A stretch of DNA of 64,000 nt from Felis catus (taxonomy: Eukaryota). This document shows, one piece after another, positions 23,331-36,108 of this stretch. The position numbers and the translations under genes were made by a program. Each line of letters starts with the position of its first letter. The first letter of the stretch is position 1. The stretch is from the NCBI RefSeq assembly GCF_018350175.1, contig NC_058368.1:17734001-17798000 (forward strand), in the 5' to 3' direction. Under the pieces are notes generated by a model that searched no databases, was not told where the DNA came from, and worked only from the letters and a program-made list of their open reading frames with translations.

Positions 23331-25234
23331 GAGGGCTTTACTGGTACTCCTCTGCATCTCCAGGTAAAGGCAGCCGCATGGAGGGGGAGTCGGTATTAGC
23401 GATACAACAAAAGGGCACGGTGTCCGCGTTTTGGAAAGCACCAGCCACTGCTCCTTAAAGCAATCTAAGGCCAGTTTGATTCCATGAACAACTGCGGGTC
23501 TGCTCAAAAGGAAAACAAAAACAGAAACAAAAACAAACCCCCTGATAGCTCAGTTTGGTTCGACTTTGCCTTTTAAAGCATCAAAAGCCTTGACTTTGGC
23601 ACATGGATCGGACCTGTTAGCTGTACTCCCAGCCGTTAGAACTCTGGTGAAAAGTTGAGAATCAGGGAGCGTTCATCCATCACAGAAATAACCTAGGAGA
23701 CAGATACTTCCACAATCATCTAAGTCCTCCTTGCAGCTAAGACCAAAAGTATTGATGATTGAACTGAAGAAGGTGGTGGTTTTATTTCGATGTAAATGAA
23801 GTTATCGTGGCAGCTCACTCTGAGCTGACAGCTTTTGATCGGCACGTCTGCAGTTCTGTATCGAAGTCTAACACGGTTTGGCGAGAAGCTGAATGAGACT
23901 TAGGCCCTCAACACCGGAATCCGAGGGCTAATCGGAAAGCACCCATCCTGTCGCATCAGTCCGCGGGCACTGTCATCGTCCGTAAGTCCCACAAGTGTGC
24001 TGGCCCTGTAGGACCACCACATACATAGTCTGATTGGTGAGAACACCAGCACTGCCTGAGAGAATGTGGGGTATAAGGCGCTAGACGAGGGAGCCCCTTA
24101 AATGAGAAAATCCACTCACGTCGTAACACAGAGGCGGGATGACAGGGCCCCAAACGCCGCTGGAAGAGACGTGCAGAATTTCTGTATTTGAGTCCCTTTC
24201 TGTCCCCCTCTTGCTTCTTGGGCTCCTGGTAGATGACCCGAGCGGTTCTAACCCATACACACGGCCTGTTTACGGTTATCTAAGGAGAAGCGGCTTCCCA
24301 AACCCTTCCCAACCTCTACGCTGAGCTGTGTGGACAGACACCCCCTATGAACCGACACAAATCTCCCCCTCCCCACAATCTGTCCCTTGGTCAACGGTAA
24401 AACAACCGTTTAATGCTGAGGGCCTGTGATCCGAGGGAAGGCCTACAAAGAATCACAGAAACTGCAAATCACTAATTCCAGGATGGCTTCGATGCAGTTG
24501 GATCGATCTGAATTGTGTCGAGGCTGAAAAATCACTCGGCGACGGTATGAGGTTTTGCCGACTAAGCGAATGCCCCAGGGACTGGTTTCTCCAGGACAGT
24601 ATTTGTAGCTCTCTGAAGACAACTCTAACAAGTTATCCATCACCAGGTAAAGAGATAATTAGTGAGGAGGCCAAAGTTTGTGTGAGTTGAGTTCCATGAG
24701 TGTTCAAAACATAATGTGGTACCATTTCCATGATAACCCAGTTCTTAAATTAATAAGGGACACTATTTTTTTGAGAACTTGTGAGCAATTTTTTGAAGGA
24801 TGACAAACGCAGAAAGAGAAAATTTTCAAATGTGAAAAAAAAAAAAGAAAAATCGTGACATCGAAATCATCAGTTTTCTCTTTTTCTGATAGGGAAAGAA
24901 ATGATAAATAGCCTCATTTGCTAATGTCCTTTTCAGATGGCGGGAAAATGTGTCACGTATCCACGAAAGTGCCTGTTTTGATTCATGTGATGCCAGGCAC
25001 TTTGGGAAACTAAATAGAATTTTACATATGGAGCAAATTGGCGTGTGGTTTTCCAAGCGGCGGAATGCTTGGCAGTCAGGGTTCTTTTGTGGAATATTGA
25101 GCTGTCTTTATGACACTACGAAATGCAGATCCAACCATATAAATGAAGAACAATTTCATACATAGAAATTTATGTAATGTGCATGATTGTAAAAAATACC
25201 ACGGGCATAGCTGACATTAAAAACAGAAGTGTTC

Positions 25235-25443
25235 GGAGCACGTAGGTGGCTCAGTTGGTGAGGCTTCTGAGTCTTGATTTCTGCTCAGGTCATGATCTCA
25301 CAGTTTGTGAGATCAAGTCCCATATTGGGCTCTGTCCCTATGCTTAGGGTTCTCTCTCTCTGCCCCTCCCCTGCTTGCACTCACCCACCCACTCACTCAC
25401 TCTCTCTCTCTCACAATAAATAAATCAACATTAAAAAAAAAAA
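25235..25443 (+). mobile_element. Can-SINE (diverged)
   Basis: ggagcacgtaggtggctcagttgg head, CT tract, aataaa + A tail. Confidence 0.92.
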
Positions 25444-25952
25444 GAGTATTCAGGGGACAGCAACTAGCTTATCTTGGTTTTTGTATTAATATTTATGTAG
25501 TGTTTGTATGTTTTGTCATCTGCTAAGGTTTGCTAACAGCAAAAATACTGCAGATTATAAAGGTCTGAGAAACATTTCTGAGAGAAAAATGTATGTTGCA
25601 AACCGATCAGTCTAATTGGTTCTTGCAGTTTTAGGTTCCGTAGGTAAACATCGGTGGCCTCCAGCTCCCTTTCTGCTTGTTTTATGTCATGGAGACAGCA
25701 AGTCTTAGATTAAATTCAGCCAAATATCTAATGATGTTTCCTAGTCGGCTGGCACAAAAAACAGTCAGATGACCAATTCTGCAAGCCCAGTGAAACCCTC
25801 TTCCCCAAATCCATCACATAGTCACTCGAACAAGGACATTCAACACACTGTAAATACAACAAATCTTCAACCGGCAGGTTTAGGACACGTTAGGTCAAAT
25901 CAGGCAATATCTTCCATTTAAAGGAATGGGGGACAGGGTCCAAAGAGAGTTT

Positions 25953-26151
25953 AGACCTGGACTGCCCAATGCAGTAGCCATGAACCACATGTCGTGAGTT
26001 CAAATTTAAGTTTATTAAATTGAACTCAAAACTCATTTCTTCAATTGCGCTGGCCACATTTCAAGTGCCTGATAGCCACAGGGAACTGTTGGCTACCACA
26101 CCGGACTATTTTCACAATTACAGCAAGTGTTACTGAAGAAGGCTCTTCTAG
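25953..26151. mobile_element. MER3-like hAT-Charlie relic
   Basis: ctgcccaatgcagtagccatgaaccacatgt ... gccacatttcaagtgcctgatagccaca. Confidence 0.65.
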
Positions 26152-26164
26152 ACCCAAGAGACCA

Positions 26165-26682
26165 TCTCAAAAGGATGCTGGGCTGGACAGATCCTTATAC
26201 CCTAAGCTTAATACTACTTATTCATGAAAATCACCCCGGCTCTTTTAGATTCTCCCTTTCTAGGTGGGGCTAGAGATCAAGAAACTACATTTCAAAACTC
26301 TTCTGCTGGCAGAAATTCTGGCTTATGTTCTCTCAATGAGAAGCCATCGTGCGGGATTCAGAAGGTAAAAGAGAAAACTAAACCAATTCCCCATTGGCAG
26401 CTGCAACTAGGGACATGTCTTTCTGTAGACCGTAGACATAAGATTTGGGGAGTGACTTCCCCCAAAAGTGAGGAGGCAGCCTCCTCAACATCACTCACTA
26501 AGGGCAGATCATCAGCTGTAGTTTCTTTCTACCCTTGCACTTCCTGATTTCCTGAATTCCTCTCTGTCCTTCACTTCCCCAAACCTAAGAGGTCTGTGAA
26601 ACTTTAAATCCCTGGACTACATCCCTTTCTACTTGAAACACCTACAGTGGTTTCTTTCACTGCTCAAACTCTGGCCAGTACA
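26165..26682 (+). mobile_element. ERVL solo LTR, LTR33-like
   Basis: gaaactacatttc...ccaatgag-like motifs; 3' end cttgaaacacctacagtggtttctt...gccagtaca. Confidence 0.5.
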
Positions 26683-28009
26683 CGCCCAACTCATGCTGAT
26701 ACAGGTCTTTCTATCCTACCCTATTACTTGCACGTTATTCATTTTCTCAGTTAAAAATTCTCTCTAGTACAACTTACACTGATTAATAAGCCTCAGTAAG
26801 TATTGATTGATATTAGAAGGTTTTGTGTTAATCCTCTGTGGTGTGGTCTCTGGTTAGGGAATTTATGCTAATCAATCTTTCCTGGAGTGTGAATTTCTGA
26901 AGCGAATACTCCAAATGTTAACCAACTGCCCTTAGTGTGTCTATTGGAGCCAACTAGCATTTTATTGTCCATACTGAAGTTACTATATTGTGACATAAAG
27001 TTAGAGATGATTTAATATACAAGTGAGAGCATCCTTTTTATTATCATTGAAGTATTACCCACATACAACATCTTACTAGTTTCAGGTGTACATCACAGCG
27101 ATCTGATAGTTTTATACATTACGAAATGATCTTCCTGATAAGTCTAGTTACCATCTGTAACCATATGATTATTACAATATTACTGACTATACTCCCTATG
27201 CTGTACATTACATCCTCATGACTTACTTATTTTATAACTGAAAGGTTGTACCTCTTAATCCCCTCTACCTGTTTTGCCCAACTCCTTCCCCTCCCTCTCT
27301 GGTAATCAACAATCTGTTTCCTAGATCTGTGAATCTGTTTCTGTTTTGTTTTGCTGGTTTATTTGTTTTGTTTTGTTAGATTCCACATATAAGTAGAATC
27401 ATACGGTATTTGTCTTTCTCTGATTTACTTCACTTAGCATAATAACATTTAGGTCCATCCATATTGTTGCAAATGGCAAGAGTTCATTCTTTTTCATGGC
27501 TGAGTAATATTCCATGATATATATCTCACATCTTCCTTATCTATTTATGTATTAATGGACACTCAGGTTGTTTCTGTATCTTGGCTACTATACATAATGC
27601 TGCAGTGAACATAGGGGTACATATATCTTTTTGAATTAGTATTTTCATTTTCTTCAGATAAATACCCAGAAATGGAAAGCTGCTAGATTGTATGTTAGCT
27701 CTATTTTTAATTTTTTGAGAACTTCCATACTGTTTTCCATTATGGCTGCACTAATATTTTGTTCTTACCAACAGTGCAAAAGGGCTCGATTTGCTCCACA
27801 TCCTTGCCAACATTGGTTATTTTTTTGTTCTTTTGATAATAGCCAATCTCACTGGTGTGAGGTGATATCTCATGTGGTTTTGGTTTGCATTTCCCTGATG
27901 ATTAGTGAGCTTGACATCTTTTCATGTGCCTGTTGGCCATCTATATATGTTCTTTGGGAAAATGTCTATTCAAAGTCCTCTGCTCATTTTTCAATTGGGT
28001 TGTTTGTTT

Positions 28010-28111
28010 TTGTTTTTGTTTTAAGTAGACTCCATGCCCAACATGGGGCTTGAACTCATGACCCTGAGATCTAGAGCTGCATGCTCTACAGACTGAGCCA
28101 GTCAGGCGCCC
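28010..28111 (-). mobile_element. Short Can-SINE (older short subfamily) inside L1
   Basis: aagtagactccatgcccaacatggggcttgaactcatgaccctgagatc...gactgagccagtcaggcgccc. Confidence 0.88.
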
Positions 28112-29086
28112 TCGTCTTTTGTTTTGTTTTTTTTTTTTAATATTAAGTTGGGTAAGTTCTTTATATAATTTTGGATATTAACCCCTTATTGGATATACCA
28201 TTTGCAAATATCTTCTCCAATGCCACGGGTTGCCTGTTCATTTTGTTGATGGTTTCCTTTGCTGTGCGGAAGCTTTTTAGTTTGATAAAATCTCATTTGC
28301 TTATTTTAGTTTTCGTTGCCTTTGCCTGAGGAGACCGGTCCAAAAAAATATTGCTGAGACCAATGTCAAAAAGCATCAATGCTTTCTTCTGCAAATTTTG
28401 TGGTTTCAGGTCTTACATTCAAGTCTTCAGTCCATTTTGAGTTTATTTTTATGTAAGTTGTAAGAGAGTGATCAAATTCATTCTCTTACATGTAGCTGTT
28501 CAGTTTTCCCAGCACCATTTATGGAAGAGACTATCCTTTCTCCATTGTATGTTCTTGCCACCTTTGTCATAGATTAATGGACCGTATATGCATGGACTTA
28601 TTTCCAATACTACGTTGAATAAAAGTGAGGAGAGTGGGCGTCCGTGTCCTGTTCCGGACTTTCATCATCACTGAGTAGTACAATGTTAGCTGTGGGTTTA
28701 TCATATATGACCTTTGTCATGTTGAGGTATGTTCCTTCTATACCCATTTTGTTGAGAGGTTTTTTTTTTTTAATCGAAAATTAAAGTCTAATCTTGTCAA
28801 ATACTTTTTCTGCACCTATTGAGATGATCATATGATTTTTGTCCTTGGTTTTGTTATTGTGATATATCACATTAATGTGCTATATACAACATCGATTGAT
28901 CTGCAGATGTAAACCTGCGGTGCATTCCTACAATAAATCCCACTTGACTGTGGTATAGAATCCTTTTAATGTATCGTTGAATACAGTTGGCTAATAATTT
29001 GCTGAAGCTTTCTGCATCCAAGTTCATTGGGAATATTGGCTTATAACTTTCTTTCTTTTTTTTTGTGGTGTCAGTGTTTGGTTTTA

Positions 29087-29320
29087 TTTATTTATTTATT
29101 TTTTTAATTTTTTTTTTCAACGTTTATTTATTTTTGGGACAGAGAGAGACAGAGGATGAACGGGGGAGGGGCAGAGAGAGAGGGAGACACAGAATCGGAA
29201 ACAGGCTCCAGGCTCTGAGCCATCAGCCCAGAGCCCGACGCGGGGCTCGAACTCACGGACCGTGAGATCGTGACCTGGCTGAAGTCGGACGCTTAACCGA
29301 CTGCGCCACCCAGGCGCCCC
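29087..29320 (-). mobile_element. Young Can-SINE (SINEC_Fc-type) inside L1
   Basis: Intact CpG-rich body; TSD (c)agtgtttggtttta both sides. Confidence 0.97.
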
Positions 29321-32300
29321 AGTGTTTGGTTTTAATACCAGGGTAATGCTGGTCTCATAAAATGAATTTGGAAGCATTCCTTCCTCTTAAATTTTTGTGG
29401 AATAATGGAGAAGGATGGGTACTAACTGTTCTTCAAATGTTTGGTAGATTGACCTGTGAAGGTATCTGATCCTGAACTTTTGTTTTTTGTAGGATTCTTA
29501 GGTTATTAATTCAAGTTTATTACTTGTACTAGGTCTATTCAGATTTTCTATTTCTTCATAATTTTGGAAAGTTGTGTGTTTCTAGGAATTTATCCATGGC
29601 TGCTTTAATGGCGATAACTTCTTTAGTGTTTGCTTGTCTAGGAAACTGTCTTGCCTTTAATTCTGAGTGCCTTCGTGTGGATCTCTCTGGATTCATCTGA
29701 TTTTGGACTCTCTGTGTCTCCTGGACCTGCATGTCTATTTCCTTCCCCAGGTTAAGGGAATTCTTAACCATTATTTCTTCAAGGATGTTTTTTCATGAAG
29801 GTTTGATTCTGGGGTTTTATCTTGTTCTTTCGTTTGGCACATGCTCCTTTGTCTCATTTTGTTTGACTTTCTGTATTGTATTTGTTTCTACGAATTAGGC
29901 AGAACAGCTACCTCTCCCGGTCTTGAAGGAGTGGGCTTGTGTAGGAGCATCCCCTGTGTAGACTGCAGGTGCCTGGTGGCTTTGGCAAGCTGGCTGCAGA
30001 TGCAGCAGGCTAAGGCAGGTGGCGGAGGGGTCCCTGGGTGAGACCGTGGGGTCCCCCGGACAGGAGGGCTGGGGCTGGAGAGAGCACCGGGACCACCTTG
30101 ATTGGATGGCTGAGGCTGGGGTGGGAATGGGCACATTCCTGTGGCATGCCACACCCGTGCCTCGTTGGGGGAATGGCTGGAGCTTATGTGAGCCAGGGGC
30201 CCATTGCATTAGAGACTAGCAGGCCAGCTGGAGTATGGACCCTGCTTCTGTCCACACTATCAGGTGAAGGAGGGGATACACAAGATGATGCTCGCTGGTC
30301 CTCCAACCCCAGAGAGCGTTCTAGCAGTCCCTCACCTGTTTGGTGGAAGCTATAAGGCTAGTAAATGGATTTCCTTCCCTTATCATCTGGTTGCCCTTTA
30401 GAGCATGATTTTTTGCTGTGCCTCTAGCTGGAGAGTGGGCCCCTCAGTGACAGCCCTCCTTACCGTAGGTCACCGAATCAGGGGTAGGGTTTCTGTCCTT
30501 GCAGTGCCTCTGTCTCTCCTACTCTTCTATACGTGGGCTGTCGTTCGTTGTGCAGAGGCTGTTCAATCGGCCTCCAGTTCTTCTTGAGGAGGAACCGCTC
30601 CAGATGTAGGTGTGGATTCTGTGTATCTGTGGGAGGAAGGGAGTCCAGGGTCCTCCTATGCTGCCATCTCGGACCTGCCCCTGAGAACATCTTTTTCATG
30701 GAAGAAATCTGCCACTTTTCAGTTTCAGCTGTGTTAAACCTCAGACCGTGTTGTAGCAATCAATGTTCCACGAAAGTGTAGTTCCAAATTCCCGAAATGA
30801 CAAACCTCTTAGCTGTTATACTGTCTTCTGAAATGGGGCTCAGAGAACATTCTGGAACTTGAGGTGGTTGCCCAAATGATATTTTAGTGACCTAATAGGT
30901 TTTAATAGCTCTGGTTGCCCAATTTACTCCTGGGGAGCCAATGGTTCAGTTAGAATCTCTGGCTCACAAACTTTTATACCCTTTACATGGGTTTTCTTTA
31001 TTGGATTGATAAATCTGGTGGTTTATAAACTTCAAGGGCTTAATTATATGGTATTTTAACCAAATTCCTTTGTCACTGCCATAAAGGAAATCATGAAAAA
31101 ATAGTCACATTATCACATTTTTTGGAAATACGGGTTTGTAGGAGCGGAAGTGAGGAAAGACACTAGGAAGCAAGGCAACAATCTAAGGAAAGTGGTAACA
31201 GAGGTGGGGTGCTCAGAGGAGGTCTGAGATCATTTGCAGCTACAGGCTCATTTGCAATTAAGAAGCAATCTATTTTTGCAATCCCGAAGGCTTCACAACT
31301 TTTAAGGGGTCATGAGTAAATCACAAATTCGTGCAAATTAGCTCAGTCTTTAGTCTGCACCTGGCACCTTGCTGAAATCAGCCATCAGGGGAGAGCAGAC
31401 CATGAAGAAGGTCAGTTTGTAGGAGGTCTTGGAAATTTAGAGAGACGTTGCTTCCTAAGAAGAATGAAGATGATAATCCAAGACACGGCTCAATAATTCT
31501 TAAAATGGAAAAAAACGATGCCACTTGAAGAACGCACTGACTATTAGGCCATGCCCACCTGAATTCCCTAGGGTTTTTGCCTCACCCTGTTCCAGACAAT
31601 TAAAATGGTAAAAGAGCCAGGTTGGTGGAATGACCTCTAAGAAGCAGACACTGTTCCTGGAGAAGGGACAGTACAGATAAATGCAAAGATGCAACCACTC
31701 AGGAGCTGGGCAGCGGTGCTGTGTTCTGTAAGAGATCTGCCTTTACCCCCCAACGGACCCTTGTACCTAAGTCTTAGCCTGGATACACTCTGCCTGCCCG
31801 TAAAACACCTTTGGGAGAGTCCCTGGTGGAAAGTCTGTTCGTTTTCACGCATTGCTGGAAATATCTGCCATGATACTAATTATTTCTCAGAACTCAAGTG
31901 TGAAGTCTGAAGTCTTTAAAGAGCTCAGTGGTCAGAGTAAGTAAGAACCAGATGCTGGGAATTTTCCCCTTCTGCAAAACTCTTTCTATTCAAAGTCAGC
32001 ACTTAACACGTAGCCAGGGGAATATTAACATAACAATTCGGCTCCTGCCAAAAAGGCAAAACAAACCTCTACTCAGCCCAGGCCAATTACTCTCCACAGG
32101 TGGTGAGAAAAGACTCCTCGTGTTCGACTCAAAAAGCCTTATTTTTTCCAGGCGCTCCCGAAAGTTTTATGTGATCTCACTTTTCTCCATGACTATCGCT
32201 CCATTCTCTTTCCACAGTTTATTATTTTTTTTTTATACCGTGACTTTTTCCACTTATGCCCCTTCCGTGGTCTCGCCAACGTTTCCCATCATCTCATCTT

Positions 32301-32628
32301 TTATGTTTTTTTGGACACTTTTATCCTTCCTCCAGTCCCTTTATCCTCCTTTCTGTGGCAAGCACAGAGGGAAATTGTTTTCTTTACTCTTCTCAGGCAA
32401 GCTGCTCGGCCTGGTAGCCTGTTATCTGGACTTCTCTTTGGATGACGTTGGCACATTTCCAAGTCCCCGTATGCTAATTTATGTACACCGTGCTCCTCCA
32501 TTCTCACCCCTAGATAACTGTCCCTTTACAAAATGTGAACAACAAAATAAATCCACGGCTGGGGGGGAAATAAGAGCAAGCCAGTATTATAACTCTTCCG
32601 ACCTTGAAAGCACCGTAAGGAGGAAGCA

Positions 32629-32954
32629 CAGGTGCCTATGGAACAATGCAGGGGTTAGGGGCACTGACCCCCTGTGCAGTCAAAGATCTGTGTTGGACAT
32701 TTGGCTTCCCCAAAACTTAACTACTAACAGCCTACTGTTGGCCAGAAGCCTTACCGATAACATTAAGTCGATAACACAAATCTTACGTGTCATATGTGTT
32801 ACAGACTGTATTCTTACAGAGAAAAAGTATTATTAAGAAAATCATAAGGAAGAGAAAATACATTTACAGTACTTACTGTACTATATTTGTTGAAAAAAGT
32901 CCATGTATAAATGAACCCAATCAGTTCAAACCTGTGTTATTCAAGGGTCAACTG
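32629..32954 (+). mobile_element. Tigger2a-like TcMar-Tigger DNA transposon (non-autonomous)
   Basis: Degenerate left TIR caggtgcctatggaacaa and right TIR ttattcaagggtcaactg; internal ggggttaggggcactgacccc, ccccaaaacttaactact. Confidence 0.8.
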
Positions 32955-34749
32955 CACTTAAATATTCTAGAAGAAGGAGGCTTGGGCAGGTTTATAAACC
33001 ACACCCCCTTTCAAAGTGCTTTCTGGAAACAGGTATAGAGGATGGAAGAGGCTTGTCCAGGGCAATCCCGGGACTCCTGGATCCCAGACCAGGGCTCTTT
33101 TCCACCATGATCTCAATGCTTGGACATAAGGCCACTCCAAGTCACACACTTGTCACCTGCTACCTGAGTTCAGCCATAGCCGTGTTGGATTTCACCAACA
33201 TCGTATTTTACTAAGTGGGACTTTTCACCTGCAATTCTGTATTTCTTGTGTCTCAAATAATTGAAAGATGTGCCAGCATTGAACTGTGCAGCTGGCACAG
33301 AGGCATGTCAAGGTGGTCTCATTAAGTGGCTCAGGTGCTCTGACCAGTCCCAAAGGGCATTTCTGACTGGGGACTCTCAGTTCCTTCAATATGTATTGAA
33401 TTATCTCATTTCTGAAGGTTGAATTCCTTCTCTTTGAGATACTCTCACTCTTTACTTTATGCTCAGGCTCCACCCTGAAAATACTAGCTGTTAAGATCTA
33501 GAAGCCTCAACACACAGCCTGCCCCTGCTGCCCCAACAGCGGGCTATAGGCTTCACCCCCTCCCGCGAGCTCCTACCTGGATGCACTCTGCACCGTTTAT
33601 TTGGGGCTCACTACCTTGCTGTAGGTATTCATAAGTAGGACGTCTCCTGGAAAGCCAGCAACTATCGGATGTTTACTTGCATCCGACTCACTGGTTCATG
33701 GTATTTGTTAAATATTAAATAGCAGTGATTTATTTATTTAGAATTTATAAAAGCCACAGCATAAGTATATAATACTTCTAGAATAGATAATATAAAATAT
33801 ATCATTGCCTTCATTTAGCAAAGGAGGAAGACGAGGCTTAGAGAAGCAGACTCCTGCTCGAGAAACTACTAAGTGGTAGATGCAGGCAGGGACGTGCATC
33901 CAGGTCCGTCTGAACTCTAAGCCAATATGGCTAAACTCTACCTACTAATGCGTCCCAAATCCCCAAGGGCTCACGGTCCCAGCTCGGGGCTCACCTCCCA
34001 CGTCCATGCATGTGGGAAAACCCTGCATATAAGTGGAAAAGGAAGAGTGGGGCAGAAGATCAAGATGGATTAGAAGTCATTGTTTCCCCAGGATTGACTC
34101 TCCCACCGCCTGCAACCAAAGGCAAGGGCTGTTGAGATCCCTAAAGATTCTTTCTTCCCTGGGCGCCAGGGAGGGAGAACCCGGCGGCGAGCTCTAGCAC
34201 ACAAAGAGCTCTGTCCATAAAGAGCCCATGAGGCATAAAGATGAAAAAAATGGACTCTTTGCCATTGGAAGTTTAGCCAAGGAAAAGCATATCCTATCTT
34301 AACGCTAAAATACAAAATAGAAATGTGATCATTTCTGAACTATCCAAGCTATTTTCACAAATGACAATAAGGCTATTTCTTTGCTGAAAGCATCCTTCAG
34401 AAGAGAACATATTTTAGGTTTTCTTAAGATGCTTTCCCAAATGGCTCCTTGATTATTATTTCTTCTCTTCCAGTTCATGGGTCAGAAGACACAAAAGACA
34501 CACATCAGAATACCTGCTTTTTCACTCAGAGCAAAAACTTCACAAGCTAATTTCAGCCACGAGTGACTTGTCATCTCTGCTCTTCCTAGAGTTCTGGGCG
34601 ATCACTGGGGGAAGAAAAATTTGTTTCAAACAATGAAACTTTGGAAATTTTGCCATGTCTACGTGACACTTTTCTGGTCAATGACGCCAGACTGGAAGCA
34701 GCATTTTTCTAACCTTAGTAGTTAAGAAACTCCCGTTCCACTATTTCAT

Positions 34750-34890
34750 GTCTTCCGGTCTCAGTTGTCCTCCTCTGTAAAATGGGGAAGATATCTATCT
34801 TTTGGAGTTGTTGCAAAGATAAATGAGAGAGTGGTACAAAGAGGTGGGCACAGTACCTCACAGAAAGAGTCCAACGAATGCTCTCTATTG
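34750..34890 (+). mobile_element. MIR fragment
   Basis: tctcagttgtcctcctctgtaaaatgggga...gttgttgcaaagataaatgaga. Confidence 0.65.
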
Positions 34891-35597
34891 TTAGGGTTTG
34901 ACTTTGTTGGGGCACGTGGAGGAGGCCGGAGGATTTGGTTCGAGCCAATGCGTGGTTATACACAATCGCTGGCAATCCAGTCCCCTGCTCTCAGAGAAGG
35001 TCCTCTTCTTAGACGGAATGCAGGGAGGGTTCCAGCTGGGACATTCCTGGCACGGTGAGGAATGGTCACTTGCCCCAAAAGTCCTGGCATCCACGTAACC
35101 CTCAGGAGGAACAAATAAAACAGCCGCGGCCTGATGACCCTCACGTGTGGGTAAAGAATCCATACACGACTACAAGGCCAATTAATATTCTTGTCTGTTC
35201 CATTTTGTTTTGGTTTTTGCTGCATTTTACTTTTAAAGGCGCCTTTGGCCTTTCTGTGAGGTGGGTAGAGCCAGAACTGGTGTCCCCACTTGGTAGATGA
35301 AGGCACGGAGTCACAGACAGCGGGGAGATCTGAGTTTCATCAAGTAGATAACCGCAGGCAGAGCTGAGCTGCAAACTCAGGGTACGTGACTCCTATGTCT
35401 GTGCTTTGGTCCGCAGTCTTCACTCCGAGGCTGCTAGGAAGGGGGCTAATAATGCTCCGTGCTGCAGCTACACCTCGGAAACAAACAAAATGCTAATTTT
35501 CACTGCCGATAAGATAAGATAAGGTGTTTCGCGCTGTTAACAGCTTCGGGAGAGGAATAAAGACACAGTCCCGCATTTCCAGAGTAGCCTGGCTCAG

Positions 35598-35720
35598 TAC
35601 AGGGCTTCTCAGACTCACTTGCAGCTGAAAGAGCCGGGGGCTTGTTAAACCTGTAGATTCTGGTTCTGTAGTTCTGGGGTGAGGCCAGATCTCCTGTGAC
35701 TCCAAGCAGCTCCTGGTGAG
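35598..35720. mobile_element. MER5-like hAT-Charlie relic
   Basis: gcttgttaaacctgtagattctggttctgtagttctggggtgaggcc. Confidence 0.55.
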
Positions 35721-35769
35721 ACAGACATGACTGCATGGGACTGCGCTGTGGACATTGAGGGTCAAGTGG

Positions 35770-36108
35770 GAATAGCGCAGGCTTTGATGTCAATCATATC
35801 AGGTGCAAATCCTGACCCCACCTGCCGTGATGTGTGACCTTGAGCAGTAAGCTTTTGAATTCTCTGAGCTCAGATTTTCATCTGCGTAACAGTCCTAATG
35901 GTACCCATATCTTTAGCGTATTTATTAGAAATAAATGGCTTAAGGGGCATGTGGCTGGCTCAGTCAGTAGAACATGTGACTCTTGATCTCAGGGTTGTAA
36001 ATTCGAGCTCCACATTGCGTGTAGAGATTACTTAAGAAATAAATGGCTTAATAAAAGTGCCTACTTCAGTGCCTGGCATAAGATAAGGGCTCAGGAAATG
36101 GTAGTTAT
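35770..36108 (+). mobile_element. MIR SINE interrupted by a short Can-SINE
   Basis: tgtgtgaccttgagcag...tctctgagctcagattttcatctg ... cagtgcctggcataag. Confidence 0.7.
35944..36034 (+). mobile_element. Short Can-SINE (tRNA-like part only, no CT tract)
   Basis: ggggcatgtggctggctcagtcagtagaacatgtgactcttgatctcagggttgtaaattcgagc; perfect 17-bp TSD agaaataaatggcttaa. Confidence 0.92.

Larger units (their letters stand above)
27035..30681 (-). mobile_element. L1 (L1MA9/carnivore-type) retaining 5' and 3' ends but internally deleted; contains two Can-SINEs
   Basis: 3'UTR at 27035-27700; ORF2 3' remnants to about 29597; ORF1 remnant (supplied ORF 29556..29771, ...EIDMQVQETQRVQNQMNPERST...); GC-rich 5'UTR ending in minus-strand ggggcaggtccgagatggcag; candidate TSD tgagagcatcctttt / tgagaacatcttttt. 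Confidence 0.85.

Noticed and set aside
29556..29771. L1 ORF1-like peptide
   Set aside because: Decayed, deleted fragment; not a functional CDS
31928..32836. Longest ORF (302 aa)
   Set aside because: GTG start, antisense to the host gene, F/S/L-rich composition from T-rich DNA, runs into a Tigger relic, no recognisable domain
35944..36034. Possible tRNA gene
   Set aside because: tRNA-derived SINE head with TSDs and degenerate boxes; no convincing cloverleaf
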